From contig CM052816.1 of assembly GCA_028534125.1 (NCBI GenBank), forward strand, positions 93,870,001 through 93,934,000: a stretch of 64,000 nucleotides of DNA. Reading direction: 5' to 3'. A program made the translations under genes and the position numbers. Below, one piece after another: positions 51,665 to 64,000 of this stretch (positions within the stretch are counted from its first letter, which is position 1; each line of letters opens with the position of its first letter). Below the pieces are notes generated by a model. It worked only from the letters and a program-made list of their open reading frames with translations. It searched no databases and had not been told where the DNA came from. Source of the stretch: Lama glama (lineage: Eukaryota).

Positions 51665-51749
51665 TGACTACAAGAGCTTATCTAGTCACAATGTTGGTTA
51701 TCAATAGGCTGAAACAGGCAAAAAGACCTGACAAAATATTTATCAACCT

Positions 51750-51900
51750 ATTTGCATTTGTCAGGGCTCTTTTGGTTGCAAAGAAAAGAATTCAGCATTA
51801 ACTCAGTAAAAAGGAAATTTGTACAAGTAATAATAGGTTCATTTAAAGAATGAAAGAAGATTCATCTAGAAATACTGAGAAGGTATATCAGAGACACTTC
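51750..51900 (-). mobile_element. Old MaLR LTR end (MLT1-type) remnant
   Basis: 'tgcatttgtcagggctcttttggttgcaaagaaaagaa...aaaaaggaaattt' resembles an antisense MLT1 3' terminus. Confidence 0.45.
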
Positions 51901-52910
51901 AATGCTGGGTTGAGATACTGGAGGACTTTGGGAAATTTTTCTTTAGTTTGTGTTCTTTTTGTAAGTTAACTGCCCAGTGTGCACATCCCTCTCCCCAAAT
52001 ACACAAAGCAAATGTCCTACATGGTTTTTATGTGTTGGTGCTGTTTACATGCTACATATACCCAACCCAAACTAAATCAAATAAGAGACAAAAAACAACC
52101 AAAAAAAAAAAAAAAGACACGTGTATAATATCCATAGTAAAGACCAGAAGCAGAAGTTCAAACGATGATGATGATACCAATACTACATTGTACTGAAAAC
52201 AACCTTGGGTTTCATTTTGTTCAAATTTGACTTAATATCTTTAAAACGAGCATAGGAATATATCCAAAACACAAAGCTCATGATAAATAATTTCCTTTTC
52301 TGGTAGATTGCAGTGCTAGATTGTGTTGAAGTTCAAGCCTTTAATTCTCAGAATTAACAATGTTTCATGTGGATCAAACTGCATAACTAAATGGTGAATT
52401 TAGCTCCAAATAAGCACTGTCATTAACTGGGGACAAATCTCTATTAAAAGAAAGTTTCATATCACTTTTTTTTTCATTCACTATTGGAATTATTTAATAT
52501 GGAAATTTAAATATAAGTGACCCATTAAATAACCTGGAAATTCAATGCTAGTCTCTAAGGAATACATAAAATCTAACATTGTAACTCTGAGAGTCACATA
52601 ATGAAATTTTATAGCCAAAATAATCAAGCAACAAAAAAATGTGTTTTCTTGAAAAAATAGATATTTAAATAATTCTTGGGTCCCTTCCTCAATGGTCATA
52701 TCACCTAAATGATGCTCACATATTTAAATGAAAATGTTCTGTTTTATTTTTCTAAATCAACATACAAAATAATAAAAGTATAAAATTATAAGGTAGTGGC
52801 TTTTGTATTTCCCTGTATTGACGCCTTTATATATTTACAATAGCTTTTCTTTTTCCTATACAAAGTGAATACAGTTGTAGACCATAAGGAGTATCTATGA
52901 ATATATAATC

Positions 52911-53479
52911 TGTAGGGTAAGAGCTTTGCTTGCCTTAACAACTTGTTTATGAAATGCTCCTATCTATGGATACTTGAGATTCCAAAAGCTATAGTTAGTA
53001 ATGAAATTGTTTAAAAAAGAGAGAGAGAGAGAGAGAGAAATAGCTTATCTTCCCAAAACTGAGTTGCCTTCTGAAGTTTGTGAGTTTATGGTTCAATCTC
53101 TCCATCCAAACTCAGATTGTTCCTCCAGAGTAACATGAACAGACAAACTCCCAAGGGGTCATGGACCTCCTGGCCAGAGAATCATAAACCAGAGGCATCC
53201 TGACTCCTGAAACTACAACTAAGAAATGTCATAAAATGATGAATAATCCTAACCTTTTTGTTCTTCCCCTTAAAACAAAAACAAAAACAAAAACAAAAAC
53301 AAAAACAAACAAAAAAACCTTAACCCAAAGACCAAGTTGGAGTGGATTTTAGGCTTGTCTCCCACTCCCTTGCTTCTCACCCTGCAATAAATTATGTACT
53401 TTCATTCCCCACAATCCAGTGTTGGTAGATTGGCTTTACCGTGCATCAGGTGAACAGATCCAAGTTCAGTTTAGTAACA
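52911..53479 (+). mobile_element. ERV1 LTR (MER41-like 3' end) containing (AG)n and (AAAAAC)n tracts
   Basis: 3' end 'ctgcaataaa...gattggctttaccgtgcatcaggtgaacagatccaagttcagtttagtaaca'. Left boundary uncertain. Confidence 0.65.
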
Positions 53480-53482
53480 TCC

Positions 53483-53924
53483 TCTTATAAAAAGGGTTAA
53501 GTCACAGCCCACTACACTCACCCATTGACAGTGCACTCTGAGGGAAATTCAGGATGGAAAAAAGACAAAATGAGACAGTCTGTGCTTTGGATAATAGGCC
53601 CCCTAGATAGTCAAGATGCATTCCTCAGGAAGAACTACAATGAGCCCAGATTTTTGCATCTTTCCATAAATAGCAAAGCATTAAAATCATTAACTTAAGA
53701 TATATGCTCTTTGTGATTAGCAGTAACCTTTTATCAAGATGTATGCTTAACTACATCTTTGCTTACCCCCCAAAATTCATATATATATACTGACTCTTCC
53801 CCTACCTCTTTACAACAATTTCTCAGATCTACTCAAGAGGCTGTTTCCCAGGCTATAGTCCTCAGTAAGACTGAATAAAACTTGACTCACAGCTCTTACT
53901 TTATGCATTTTTCTTGCACTTGAT
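53483..53924 (+). mobile_element. Cetartiodactyl ERV1 solo LTR (ALTR2-like), second full copy
   Basis: Diverged direct-repeat partner of 51012-51443; TATA-like tract at about 53779-53789 and AATAAA at about 53874. Confidence 0.8.
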
Positions 53925-54639
53925 CCCAGAGAATGCAAGAATTCAGTTTTCAAAAGAATTTCAGGGGAAATGTCCTAGGCATTGTGTAACCATGGAATCA
54001 TGGCAACAATTCATCTTCAGAACTCTTATAAGAAAAACACACCATTTTCTAAACTAAGTCTAGATTATTCAGCACCTAAAAATAAATCCTATTAAGATAA
54101 GTCATATGTTAGCATTGTAAAAAATTGTGATGGGGTTTATATCCAACCAGCAAAAAGACAATGAATGATGATCTAGAACAGATAGCACTACAAGAAGATA
54201 AAACCTTTGGACAATAAGGGCTTGATAGACATCAAGGGTAGATGCCATTGGTTCTTTCATTATAAAAGGAGGCAGAAAAGGGAGCAAATACAGAATGAAG
54301 TGCAGATTTTCTAATGAGAGGAATGAATGCTGCCTTTTGTGTGTGTGTGTGAAATATGGTGCAGCAGCAGCATTAATCAGTGATGCAGATAGACAGATTG
54401 CAGATATTTTGAAAGAAGTCATTCATTCAATAGTCTTCTTGTGGGATGAGAAAGGAAGTCCATTGGTGCAACAGAGTTTTAGTGATATTGAGTGTTTCTC
54501 TCTGTTTCTACCAAATCATCTATGATAGGTAACCCACCTCACACTGCTCCCATCCCTGGCCTACTCAATTGTTCAGTTTCTAAAAAGGAGGTCATTCTTT
54601 TTATCCCTTCCCCTAAGATGTTTGTCTTCACTTTTCCAT

Positions 54640-55290
54640 ATTCTCTTAACAATCTACACACTATCTCTGGTAATTGCATCTTTACCCATAGCTTGTGATT
54701 CCCTAGTTATCCTCTTTAGTTGAGAACTTGTTTCTGAGCTCCAAAGACACAGCTTACAATTTCTTCAATGGCTCCTCCTGAGTAGGTTACAGAATGTTCA
54801 ACTCAATCTATCTAGATAGAGTTTGACTTCTTTTCATTCCTCTCTCTGCTACCCTCCCTCCCTCCCTCCCTTCCTTCCTTCATTCCTTTCTTCTCCCCTA
54901 ATTCCTTTCACCAGACAGTTTTGAGAGCTGGAAATTATATGCATCACAAGAAACCCAAAATCAAGGCAATTCTTTGACGACATCATCATCAAATCAAGCC
55001 AAAATCCCCACAGCTTTTTATATAACCACTCTTTTTAAATGCTTTCTATTAAATTAACACTTCCTGACAATTCTGCCTCTTAAATATCTGCCAAGTCAGT
55101 CCCATTCTTCCAAACCCACTTAAGTTTGCAATCCATGCAGGAGACTCCTAAGGAATCCCCTGCTTGCAGGGCCGTCACATCATCCATTTACCCCTACACA
55201 GATTCAAGGATTTCGTTTATTTATTTATTTTTTTGGATGTGTAACTATGATTATATAATTCACTTGTTTCAAATCTTCAGAGATTCTTCC
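54640..55290 (+). mobile_element. L2 LINE remnant with an internal (CCCT)n/(CCTT)n tract
   Basis: 'gtttctgagctccaaagacac...gttcaactcaatctatctagatag' and 'attctgcctcttaaatatctgccaagtcagtcccattc'. Confidence 0.55.
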
Positions 55291-58200
55291 CATGACACAA
55301 TAGGCTGAGGGATATAAAGCAGAATGGCTTTTTAAACTTCTTTTTGACAATTACGATACTACTACTCTTTTCCTTTGGAAGGCTACGTGAGAATACAAAT
55401 TATTATTCTAATTTTGCTTAGTGAGCATAGATATATCATGTCTAAAATGATTGAGAGATGACTTGGTACAGCATTATTGAACCTAGAGAGATAATTTGAT
55501 TTTCTAATTCTATTTCTATTTTCTATTTCATTTGCCTGACATCTAAATTGCTAGCAGACAGTAGTTGAAGTAGTTAGAGGTTTTAGAATTCATGAGAATT
55601 CCATTAAAATATTTTTAAATATTGAAAATACGTTAAATTTTAATATGATGCAGAATCCAGATAAGTTGTGGAGTTAACTGCAAGAGTGTGTGTGTGTAGA
55701 TTTATATCTATTCTAATCGGATGAACACATTACATATGGGAGTAACTTGAGCTGGAAAATGAATGTTTGAAATCAATTTCAATGTAGTGGTGAAAACTTT
55801 AGCAGTGGAGACGCCTTGTGCCGTCAAAATGACAAAAATCCTTCAGAATGTTCATGTGCAGTAGGACATGAGTCAGCTGAGGACATGCAACCTCCAAGGC
55901 CACATTGCAACCTTCATCTACTAGAGACCTTAACCATCACATGGTCCTAATACTTCAACGGGTAATTCCAACTACTTGATATGGAAAGTCTGCTTTCCTA
56001 AGGGATACATGATTTTCTAAGTTGTTTAAAATTAGAGATACAGAGATAAATAAGTAGATCGAATATATCACATGAACCATTTTTTCTAGTTAGGAATAAT
56101 CTGTTATTAGAAGTACTGGTATGCTTAAAAGCTTCCGACTTATTAGAAAACCTGGTAGTTCAGACCTAAGATCTCAATCTAAAAATATGAAATTGGTTTC
56201 ATGTTTATGATTTTGGTTCAAAAGATGTAAGATTTAAAAAATTAATACATAGGTTGTTTGAATGTCTTAGCAAACTATTTGTTCTACATTTATAGCTTTA
56301 ATTTACTAGGTTTACATATGTTGTTTAAATACCTAGGAATATTTTCTTGATAAACATACAACTTTGCTGAATCAGAAAGCAATTGTTTAAAATAAAATAA
56401 AGCTTAACAAATTAATAAATACAGTGTAAAATGCTTAAAGGAAAATAATTCTAATTGTGGGACTAATGTATTTACAAGAAATGTACATATGTAAACATTA
56501 ATCAAAGCTCCCCATAACATGATTGACTTTATTTTACATGAACCTTACTTGACTTTTAACTTGAAATTGAAAGTTAAAGGAAAACCAGGTTCTTAAATCT
56601 ATAATCTTCGTAAACTATGATTCTCTTAAACTCAAGCAATTCTCTTAGACAACAATTGTTGCTCTTTGATATTTTGATACTAAATATCTCACATTGATAT
56701 CTAAATGGACAAAAAAATTCTACGTTGTTTCACAGTGAATGAAATCATCACTTACGTCTGATAAATTTATAGTGTTGATTTTGTGGATACTAAAAATTTT
56801 CATCATATTTCAAGATAGTAACAAAATAGTATTCATCTGTTAATCATGGGGGAAAATCTATTCTTCTCTCATTTCTCTCTCACAGTTAAATCCCAAAACT
56901 GTATCAATATTTTGGGAATGGAGTCAAAATGAAAAACATTAGAAAATTATCTGATGTGTCCGTTCCTACAATGTGATTAAAACAATAATTGAGAGTTGGC
57001 TTTCTTGCCCCTGGGATTCTTTCTCTAAGTTTCCTTACTGCATGAACTTAAATCAATTGCTGTTCTTTGTGTACAATGCCTTCCATCTGGTTATATTAAA
57101 ATCTTGCTCCTCTGGGTGTCATTAGCTCTTAAAATAATTTTGAAAAAAAAGTATTACTTCTGATTTTCAACAATACAAGTTGCTTTTTATTAAAATTTTA
57201 TTTTCCTTATTTCCAGTCTTTGGGGATGAGGGGTGGCTCTTAAGTTGCCTACTTATGTCATAATGTCTAAACAATATATAAATTCGCCCCAAAGAAGGCT
57301 TTTATTTAGCATATGGAAAGTTTGATCATCTATGTCATGAAAATTAATGTTTAATTAGAAAAACAGGTTGAAATATCTATGAAAATCTTTGATTCTATAA
57401 ATAGAATTGTCCTTATATAGACTATGTAAACATTCAGGTCTGTCTTTAGTGGTTTACTTGCCATCCCCTTCCCTTGTAAAACATTTTGTTTTCTTCCAGT
57501 TGCTTCTCTCTTTCTACCAGATCTTCCCCTTTCCTGCACCGTAAATATAATCATTTAAAAAGTGATGCTTTCCTGTACAATCAAAACTCTTCTATCCTTA
57601 GAACCTTCCTCCCCAAAGTACAGCTTGAGGCCATGAGAGAAGTGGAGGTATTTTTACTGGGGAGATAACTTCAAGAAGGAGGATGGAGATTGCAAGGAGA
57701 CAGAGATAAAGATGATGGAAAAGCCAGTGAGGGGAGTGCTTTGTCCAGATCACAGGTATAGAAAATGGGATTGATTCTGTTGACACTCCCCAAGCAATGT
57801 ACAAAATTTCTCTGAGAATTTTCCTCCGGAAGGACAGGGAGGACTTATCCTGGAGCACTTATCCTTATGACCAAAGGATGATCCTGAGTATCTCAGCTCT
57901 GCTGCATTCCAGAGTCACATTTGTACGTATTGGAAAAGATCTTGGAAGGGCTTTGGAGTAGAAAACTGTTAAGACTTATACTTTGGGAATGAAATGGGAA
58001 GCCACCAGCAGAGGCTAATTGTGTATGAAAGTGTCCATTACAGCAGTGGCTGAAGTCAGAGGTGTTCTGAGAGATGGGACTTACAACATTTGTTTCATCT
58101 GTGTCACCACCCCCTACCAAAGAACAATTCTATTATTATGTATTCATTTGTAATAAAAATTTATATATTTAATGCCCATTTTATTATCCTCTTCTATATA

Positions 58201-59184
58201 CCAATGTCAAAAAAATTTTCCTAACTCTACACTACTTGATGACATTGTCCCTTTCATTCTACCCAGTATATGAGAAACACCCACCTTAGAAAAGAAGGTT
58301 TTAGATACAAAATTTTTACTAGAATAAAGTTATAGCAAATTGGGTTTTCTTATGTTTTGTTTGTTGTTGTTGTTGTTGTTGTTTTTAACTCTAGGAAGTA
58401 GAACCACATGAACCAAAGAGAAGGTGTCCCTATTGTGACACCTTAGTCCTCAAAAGAGAAAATAAGAGCTTCCGTGAAGGTACAATGAAGGTGGAAGCAG
58501 AGACAGCCTGTCACTCAGAGAACACCTGGTTTTGTGAAATGCTGATTACGGTCCTAGAAGTTCTGCCAAGATCCAACACCCTTACCTCCAGGACGTGTCT
58601 TTATGGAATAACCCACTTTCTAAAAGATCTGTATACATTTGGTCTCCCAGAACAAAATATGGGGGCAATTTTGACCCACTAGAGAGTTATGATGCCATCA
58701 TGAGAAAGTTGTGTGCAATAAACATAGGGACCAAAAGATGACAGTTAATGACTCTTGAATTTATATTTATTATAGTTTGTGAAGTTATCAAGAGTATTTT
58801 ACCCTGGGTAAAGCAAGTCCTGTGGCATATGCTTACTATCTACTACACTTTAGGGAGTGCAACCTCAGACAAAAGAGAGAGGAAAGAGAGAACGAGACAG
58901 ACAAGGACAGAAAACCATGCAAGTGGCCATCACGTGGTCCTAAGCACTACTGATGGCTCAGTCTTGTGAGACCTTCTAAGAAGCCTGATAAATGATGGTC
59001 AGTGTGGCCTGCTGAGAGGAGAAGGAAGAAAAATGTCTTCACAAGTTCTTGTCTTGTATTTGTTTATATTTTGCCTTATGGGGCTTTCATTCACCCAAAA
59101 TTCATCCCTGTGCATGGAAATCTGTCAGTCCTTTGCCTACTCCTGCCTCCGGGTCAACAACAAGACTTCAGTGTGGGAGGTAAA

Positions 59185-59238
59185 GTGTGTGTGTGTGTGT
59201 GTCTGTCTGTCTGTCTGTGTGTGTGTCTGTGTGTGTGT
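59185..59238. repeat. Compound (TG)n/(TCTG)n microsatellite
   Basis: Read directly; produces the CVCV runs in ORFs 59002-59384. Confidence 0.97.
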
Positions 59239-59319
59239 ATGAGGTGGATACTCTTTGCATTATGATACTTGAATTTGTCCAGAATCCACAAAGTTTTGCC
59301 CCACTAGGCAGCCATTCCA

Positions 59320-59790
59320 AACTGAAAATAAATGCCAAGCCCTACTTTCTGGCCTGGAGCTGCTCTCACTCTCCAGGCTCCTGATCCCTCCCCATTCCTT
59401 TCCGCCCCATCTCAGCTAGTTTAAGAAATATGGGATCTAGGTAACCTGACCACAGAGGGTTCTGAATGTCATACACTGATCTGCTCAAATAATACGTTAT
59501 TTAGGTCTCCATTGATCGCCCCATTTGAAATAGTAGCCTTAATTTCACTCATCAATTTCTATGACCTTTCTTTTCCTTTTTTTTTTTCCCTACACAGCAT
59601 CATCCTTTAACATACTATATATTTACTTAACTGTTTTTGAATTTCTGTCTGTCCCTCCAGAATGGAAGCTCCATAAGGAGGAATTCTTGTTTTTCTTCCC
59701 TGAAGTATTTTCAGCATCTAGAGAGGTGCATGACATACTGTAATCATTCAATAAATGCATTTTTTTAAATATTAGGAATGTTTGAATGAA
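59320..59790 (+). mobile_element. L2 LINE 3' end
   Basis: 'ctccagaatggaagctccataaggagg...cagcatctagagaggtgcatgacatactgtaatcattcaataaatg...tgaatgaat' is the canonical L2 3' terminus. Confidence 0.8.
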
Positions 59791-59799
59791 TACATCTTC

Positions 59800-60890
59800 A
59801 TAACAATTTAGTCATTTTTCTCGTCCAAATAGACTGGATAATAGACACATTTCAAATTAGTGTTTTAGAGTTAAATTATCATTCACACTAAATATCCTTA
59901 TTTTTAAAAATATAGCTTTCGTATTTCAACTTATATTTGTCTTTTTCACGGTCCTTTATGTGTAATTCTCCTGAACGGGACATTTTTCACCAGTATATTT
60001 TTTAACAGGGGGTAGGTGAATGCTTTACTTCCTGAAGCCTGGGTTTGTCAAACTCGTCTTCATTTTGTGTTCTACAGTGGATGGCATGCCAACTGGTCAC
60101 AGAATTGTTGAGTTATATTCATTTCTTTTTCATACATTGTAGACATTTCTCTGCTGTCACCTGTCATCCAAAATTGCTGAGAAATCGAAAATCATCTTAT
60201 TTTCTTTTTTAAGTGACCTCCTGTTTCTTTTCCCTACATGTTTGCAGGTTTTCTTCTTTAAACTTGAGGATCAATGAGTTTTCCAAAAAATGTCTCAGTA
60301 CTTTTTATCTTTCTTAAAGTCTTTGAGTCACTGAAATACAATGATGATACTGAACTACCTATTTAGTTTTTCTTTCATTCAGGGAAATGTTCTGGTATCT
60401 ATTCGGGATATTTTCTGTATTATTTTCCTTGGTCTATGCATAAATTTTCAAATACCTCAATTATGTGCATTTTCTATCGGCAATGCCGCTATCCAGAAGA
60501 ATAATCTTCATGAAACTCCTTTTTTTCTATTTTCTTTCTCTCCTTGTCTGTGATGTTCTCACCTATGTCCCCATGGTGGTTCTTGTTGCTATTTTATTTA
60601 AAGAAACCATTTTGCAGGATTTTATTTATCCTTGCAAATAGTACCAAATCCTTCCATTTTACTGTCATCTCCTTGCTTTCTTTTCTTTATTCAAAGAAGT
60701 ATGCCTTCAGCATATCCTTAATGTCATTTTATTTCATGTTGCCCATGCTCTGTTTAATATCTTTAATGCCTCCAAACTTTGTACCAGAAAATGTACTCTT
60801 TCATAGAGTAAATTTTTAAAGCATCTTTATCAGTAGCTTTTTCCATGATAAAAAAGTGTTTTTCACCCATTTGTTCCCAGAATTAGTATC
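59800..60890 (-). mobile_element. Old L1 ORF1/HAL1-like remnant
   Basis: Antisense ORF1-type motifs ('cacagaattgttgagtta', 'ttgctgagaaatcgaaaatcatctta', 'ctttcattcagggaaatgttct'). Confidence 0.55.
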
Positions 60891-62479
60891 ATATGATTAC
60901 TTACATTTGAGTCAACTACTTCAGTCTTTGCTCCCCACCTTTTCCCTTCTCCCAAACACTACTGGAAAATTATTGGTAAATTTTATTAATTACAAGAAGG
61001 TACATTTTTTTTTCAGGTTTACAGTTGACTGACGGTGAAGAGGATGCTGATGGAACCAATAACCAACACCCCTCTTCCCTTCCATGTTCTAAAGAAATTA
61101 TAGAATAATATAAAAAGTGGCAGATGAGGGATAATCTTTATTCCTAATGTAAATTGATACGAAGCACATGACATAGTGTAGGAAGCAAATGAACATGCCA
61201 TCTGAACCTCAAAAATAGGCAGAATCCCATGCACCTTTTTAGAAATGCCAGGTTTCTTCCGGTCACGGGGCTGCCTGTGGACTGATGGCTGAGACGCCTG
61301 CCCCTCCAAGTGCGATGCTTCCTCCCAGAAGGAAGGAGGGAAACAGCCGTACCTGCTCAGTTTTCCTTTCTCTCTCAGTTTTCCAACAGATTTTAAAAAT
61401 TAGACTTAGGATAGAATGAATAAAGGAGCAAGAAGAGAGGTCCATATTTATGTCAATTTTCCCTACATGGAAAGAAACGCGTGGATCTGGGAGTGCCTCC
61501 CCGCCCACCAACAGTAATGGGCAGGTGAAGTCTAGGAACTTTTTTTCACACCATTCCCCTCTCAGGTCATCGAACTCTGTGTTCCATAAACCAGTAGCCA
61601 GTGCTATTGTCTGAGGCTTTACGATGATGTGTGTCTAGGTATTTTTCACACCTCATTTTATTTGACTGAGCAGATGGATGCACAACACAGTTGATACAGC
61701 TAACATAGCCACTGGTGTATATAGAAACTTCAGAAGAATCATAGAAGGAAAGAGAGATAAAGAAAGAGGGAGGGAGAGAGGGAGGGAGGGAGGGAAGCAA
61801 ATATATGAATGATTTTTAAGTGAGATTGGTTTCCAAGAATATTTTTTCTGTCTTCCCGCAATTCCAAAGTGTTTTCAGACCTCATCCTGCTGTCCAGCAA
61901 AACACCAGCACAGTTGTAAAGCAGCTCTTCCACTCATGTCCAGAAACACAGTGGTACTTCCTATGAAGAAAAATAACGTGTGTCTGTAAACATTTATTCC
62001 TAATTTCGTTCAAAGTATGTTGTATCTCATAGGTAACATTTGAATGTATGTTACGGACTTGAACACTCAATGTCCACCTTCAACAAGTCTGTGTAGCCAA
62101 CTCATAGCAAATATTTATTAATTTACATAATATTTTCTGAGTGTCACGGAACTGCTTTTAGGATGTACTTTGTCAACTATAATTCCTTAAGGACACAGAT
62201 TCATAAAACCTCATACATAGTCAATATGCAACTAAACTATTTGAAAAATGTATTTTGGAGTCAAATTGGTTTTTGATTATTTATTTCCTTAAAGATAATA
62301 GAGAAGTCCCACAATGTAATCATGTAAAAATGAATAAAAAATGTTGTATGTTCAGTGTACTAATGTATCGTCTTTTTTAAAGTATGATGATTTATGTTCA
62401 AATTATATATTGTGGAAATTATCAAATTTTCTGTAAATTTTCAAGAAACCAGACCAACATGGTGTCATTAAAAGACATT

Positions 62480-63040
62480 TTAATTAGTTTCCTCGCTTCC
62501 AAGCTTGCTATCCTGCCTCCCAAACCCTTCTCCAAATGTTACCAGGTTTTCTTTAAAATATAAATCAGGTCATGTTCTTGTTTCCCCCCAGGAAACTCAT
62601 TCATGGTTTTCTACTTTACCCGCTCTGTATTCCAAAATATTTCCTGAGCTTCTTTCATTTTCTCTTGACCTTGCTCTTTTCTCCAACTTCATTTTTCCTG
62701 TCATTTCCTTTCTCGATCAGGGTCTTTGCCCATTCGGTTTACTCTGTTGGAAATAGCTGGTCCTACTTGCTTACTCCATTTCATTCCTACATACAGCCTA
62801 AAGCAGAATTTTCCCAAAGAAGTTGTGCCTCACTTGCTAAACTAAATTAATTCAGCCATCCCATCTTCTCTCATAAGAAATAAGTACCTGATTTTTAAAT
62901 ATATTTGCTGACCAAAGGGCTTTCCTTACCAGCATAATCTCCATGTGTGAAGACACTATGAATTTCACATCAATATATCTGGTATCTAGCATAATACATA
63001 CACTTATTACTTGCTTGATACAAAATTTTGAATGGGTGAA
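62480..63040 (+). mobile_element. L2 LINE 3' remnant
   Basis: 'ctttaaaatataaatcaggtcatgttc', 'cagggtctttgcccattc' and 'atatctggtatctagcataatacatacac'. Confidence 0.6.
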
Positions 63041-63061
63041 AAAGATTTGCTATGGAGAAAA

Positions 63062-63310
63062 AATAGCAGATAATTTATAATACTTACTATACTGCCAGAA
63101 GTTATTTTAAGCGCTCCACATTTATTAATTCATTTAATTCTTACAACAATGCAGGGCAGTAGGCGCTATTACTGCCTCCATCGTACAGCTGAGGACACTG
63201 AGGCACACATAGGTATTTCACTCGGTTTCGATCACAAGGCTTTTAAGTGGCAAACCTACATTTCAAACCTAGGCTGCAGTAGTGAATCTAAGATCTGATT
63301 GTTTACCTAC
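63062..63310 (-). mobile_element. MIR SINE
   Basis: 'cattt aattcttacaacaa...ctccatcgtacagctgaggacactgaggcac' is the MIR core in antisense. Confidence 0.88.
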
Positions 63311-63711
63311 TTTGGTAAAACGTTCCTCAACTGTCAGGAGAAGAATCCCAACTGACACACATTTGCCAAGTCTAAAATCATTTACAGCATATTTGAAAAT
63401 AGATAATTTTCTAATTTATGTTTTCTATTAGAAAATCTTTGTTACATGGAAACTTAAGTAACACATTCTAAGGATTATTTAATTAGGATTTCACTTAATT
63501 TTCCCCAGAACGAATATCAACATAACTTACTCATTTAGTAAAACAAAACAAAACAAAACAAAAAAAAAGCCCAAAAATCTGAGAGGGAAACTGGATTTCC
63601 TCAACAAACCGCCAAATTCCCTGAGGAAACTTTAGTAAAGCAGCAAGTTAGACTTATGGAACAAAGAGTAATTAAAGAAGATTTCCTTTTTCTTTCATTT
63701 TTCTTTTCGTT

Positions 63712-63716
<5 letters not shown>

Positions 63717-63742
<26 letters not shown>
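63717..63742. repeat. (TG)13 microsatellite
   Basis: Read directly from the sequence. Confidence 0.97.
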
Positions 63743-63743
<1 letters not shown>

Positions 63744-64000
63744 TTGTTTTTGAAGCAAAAGAAATCCCATTTCTTTGTTCCCTATAGGATTCTCTTACCA
63801 TGTCAGGAACCAAGTTTATTTCAGCTTCACTTTGCAGTTTAATAAGCACAGATTCTAGATGTAAGAAATGCAAGAGAAGAGAAATAAAAAGAGGCAACTA
63901 AGAATATACAGATTATTACTTAATTTGGAAAAAGATACAATTTGAATTCTATTAATACAGAAGAGATCATGTATGCATGTAGAAATGTGTTCCTCGTAAT

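Noticed and set aside
51721..51771. Hairpin aaaagacctgacaaa...tttgtcagggctctttt
   Set aside because: Short AT-rich stem whose right arm belongs to an old LTR end; too short for a pre-miRNA and expected by chance.
51012..53924. The two ALTR2-like LTRs as the 5' and 3' LTRs of one provirus
   Set aside because: The first is nested in a different LTR that resumes right after it, there is no PBS or gag/pol between them, and they are visibly diverged with indels. Independent solo LTRs are more likely.
900..63310. Repeat orientation bias as evidence for a host gene strand
   Set aside because: Younger LTRs lean plus while L1 fragments are mixed or lean minus; the signals conflict and counts are too small to infer a transcription unit.
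1..64000. The 60-128 aa ORFs in the supplied track as protein-coding genes
   Set aside because: The recognisable ones are broken L1 ORF1/ORF2 remnants. The others lie in LTRs, Tiggers or microsatellites, or have low-complexity F/L/I/K-rich composition typical of chance ORFs in AT-rich DNA.
1..64000. Prokaryote-type systems (CRISPR array, operon, defence island) or a foreign insert
   Set aside because: No regularly spaced repeats, no long ORFs and no compositional break; mammalian repeats occur throughout the window.

Overview
AT-rich, CpG-poor mammalian genomic DNA with no recognisable protein-coding exon, RNA gene or CpG island. It is probably intergenic or deep-intronic. The lineage is most likely camelid (Camelus/Vicugna/Lama). 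This is inferred from one short tRNA-Ala-derived SINE of the camelid type, cetartiodactyl-type L1 3' ends and ALTR2-like LTRs, and from seeing no Alu, BovB/Bov-tA, PRE-1 or Can-SINE. A large share of the window is decayed transposon: many L1 fragments, L2, MIR, MaLR/ERVL/ERV1 LTRs, Tigger and MER5. The supplied ORFs are either L1 ORF1/ORF2 remnants or look like chance ORFs. I did not find a convincing new biological system. The best-supported observations are repeat architectures: a TSD-flanked, 5'-inverted (twin-primed) L1; a doubly internally deleted L1 carrying a nested Tigger1; a nested/tandem LTR cluster at 50.5-53.9 kb; and an LTR with a truncated primer-binding site. More speculative are several minus-strand exon-like modules (possible spliced lncRNA) and a few motif clusters. 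Repeat family names come from recalled consensus resemblance, not a database search. Boundaries of old repeats are approximate (tens of bp).
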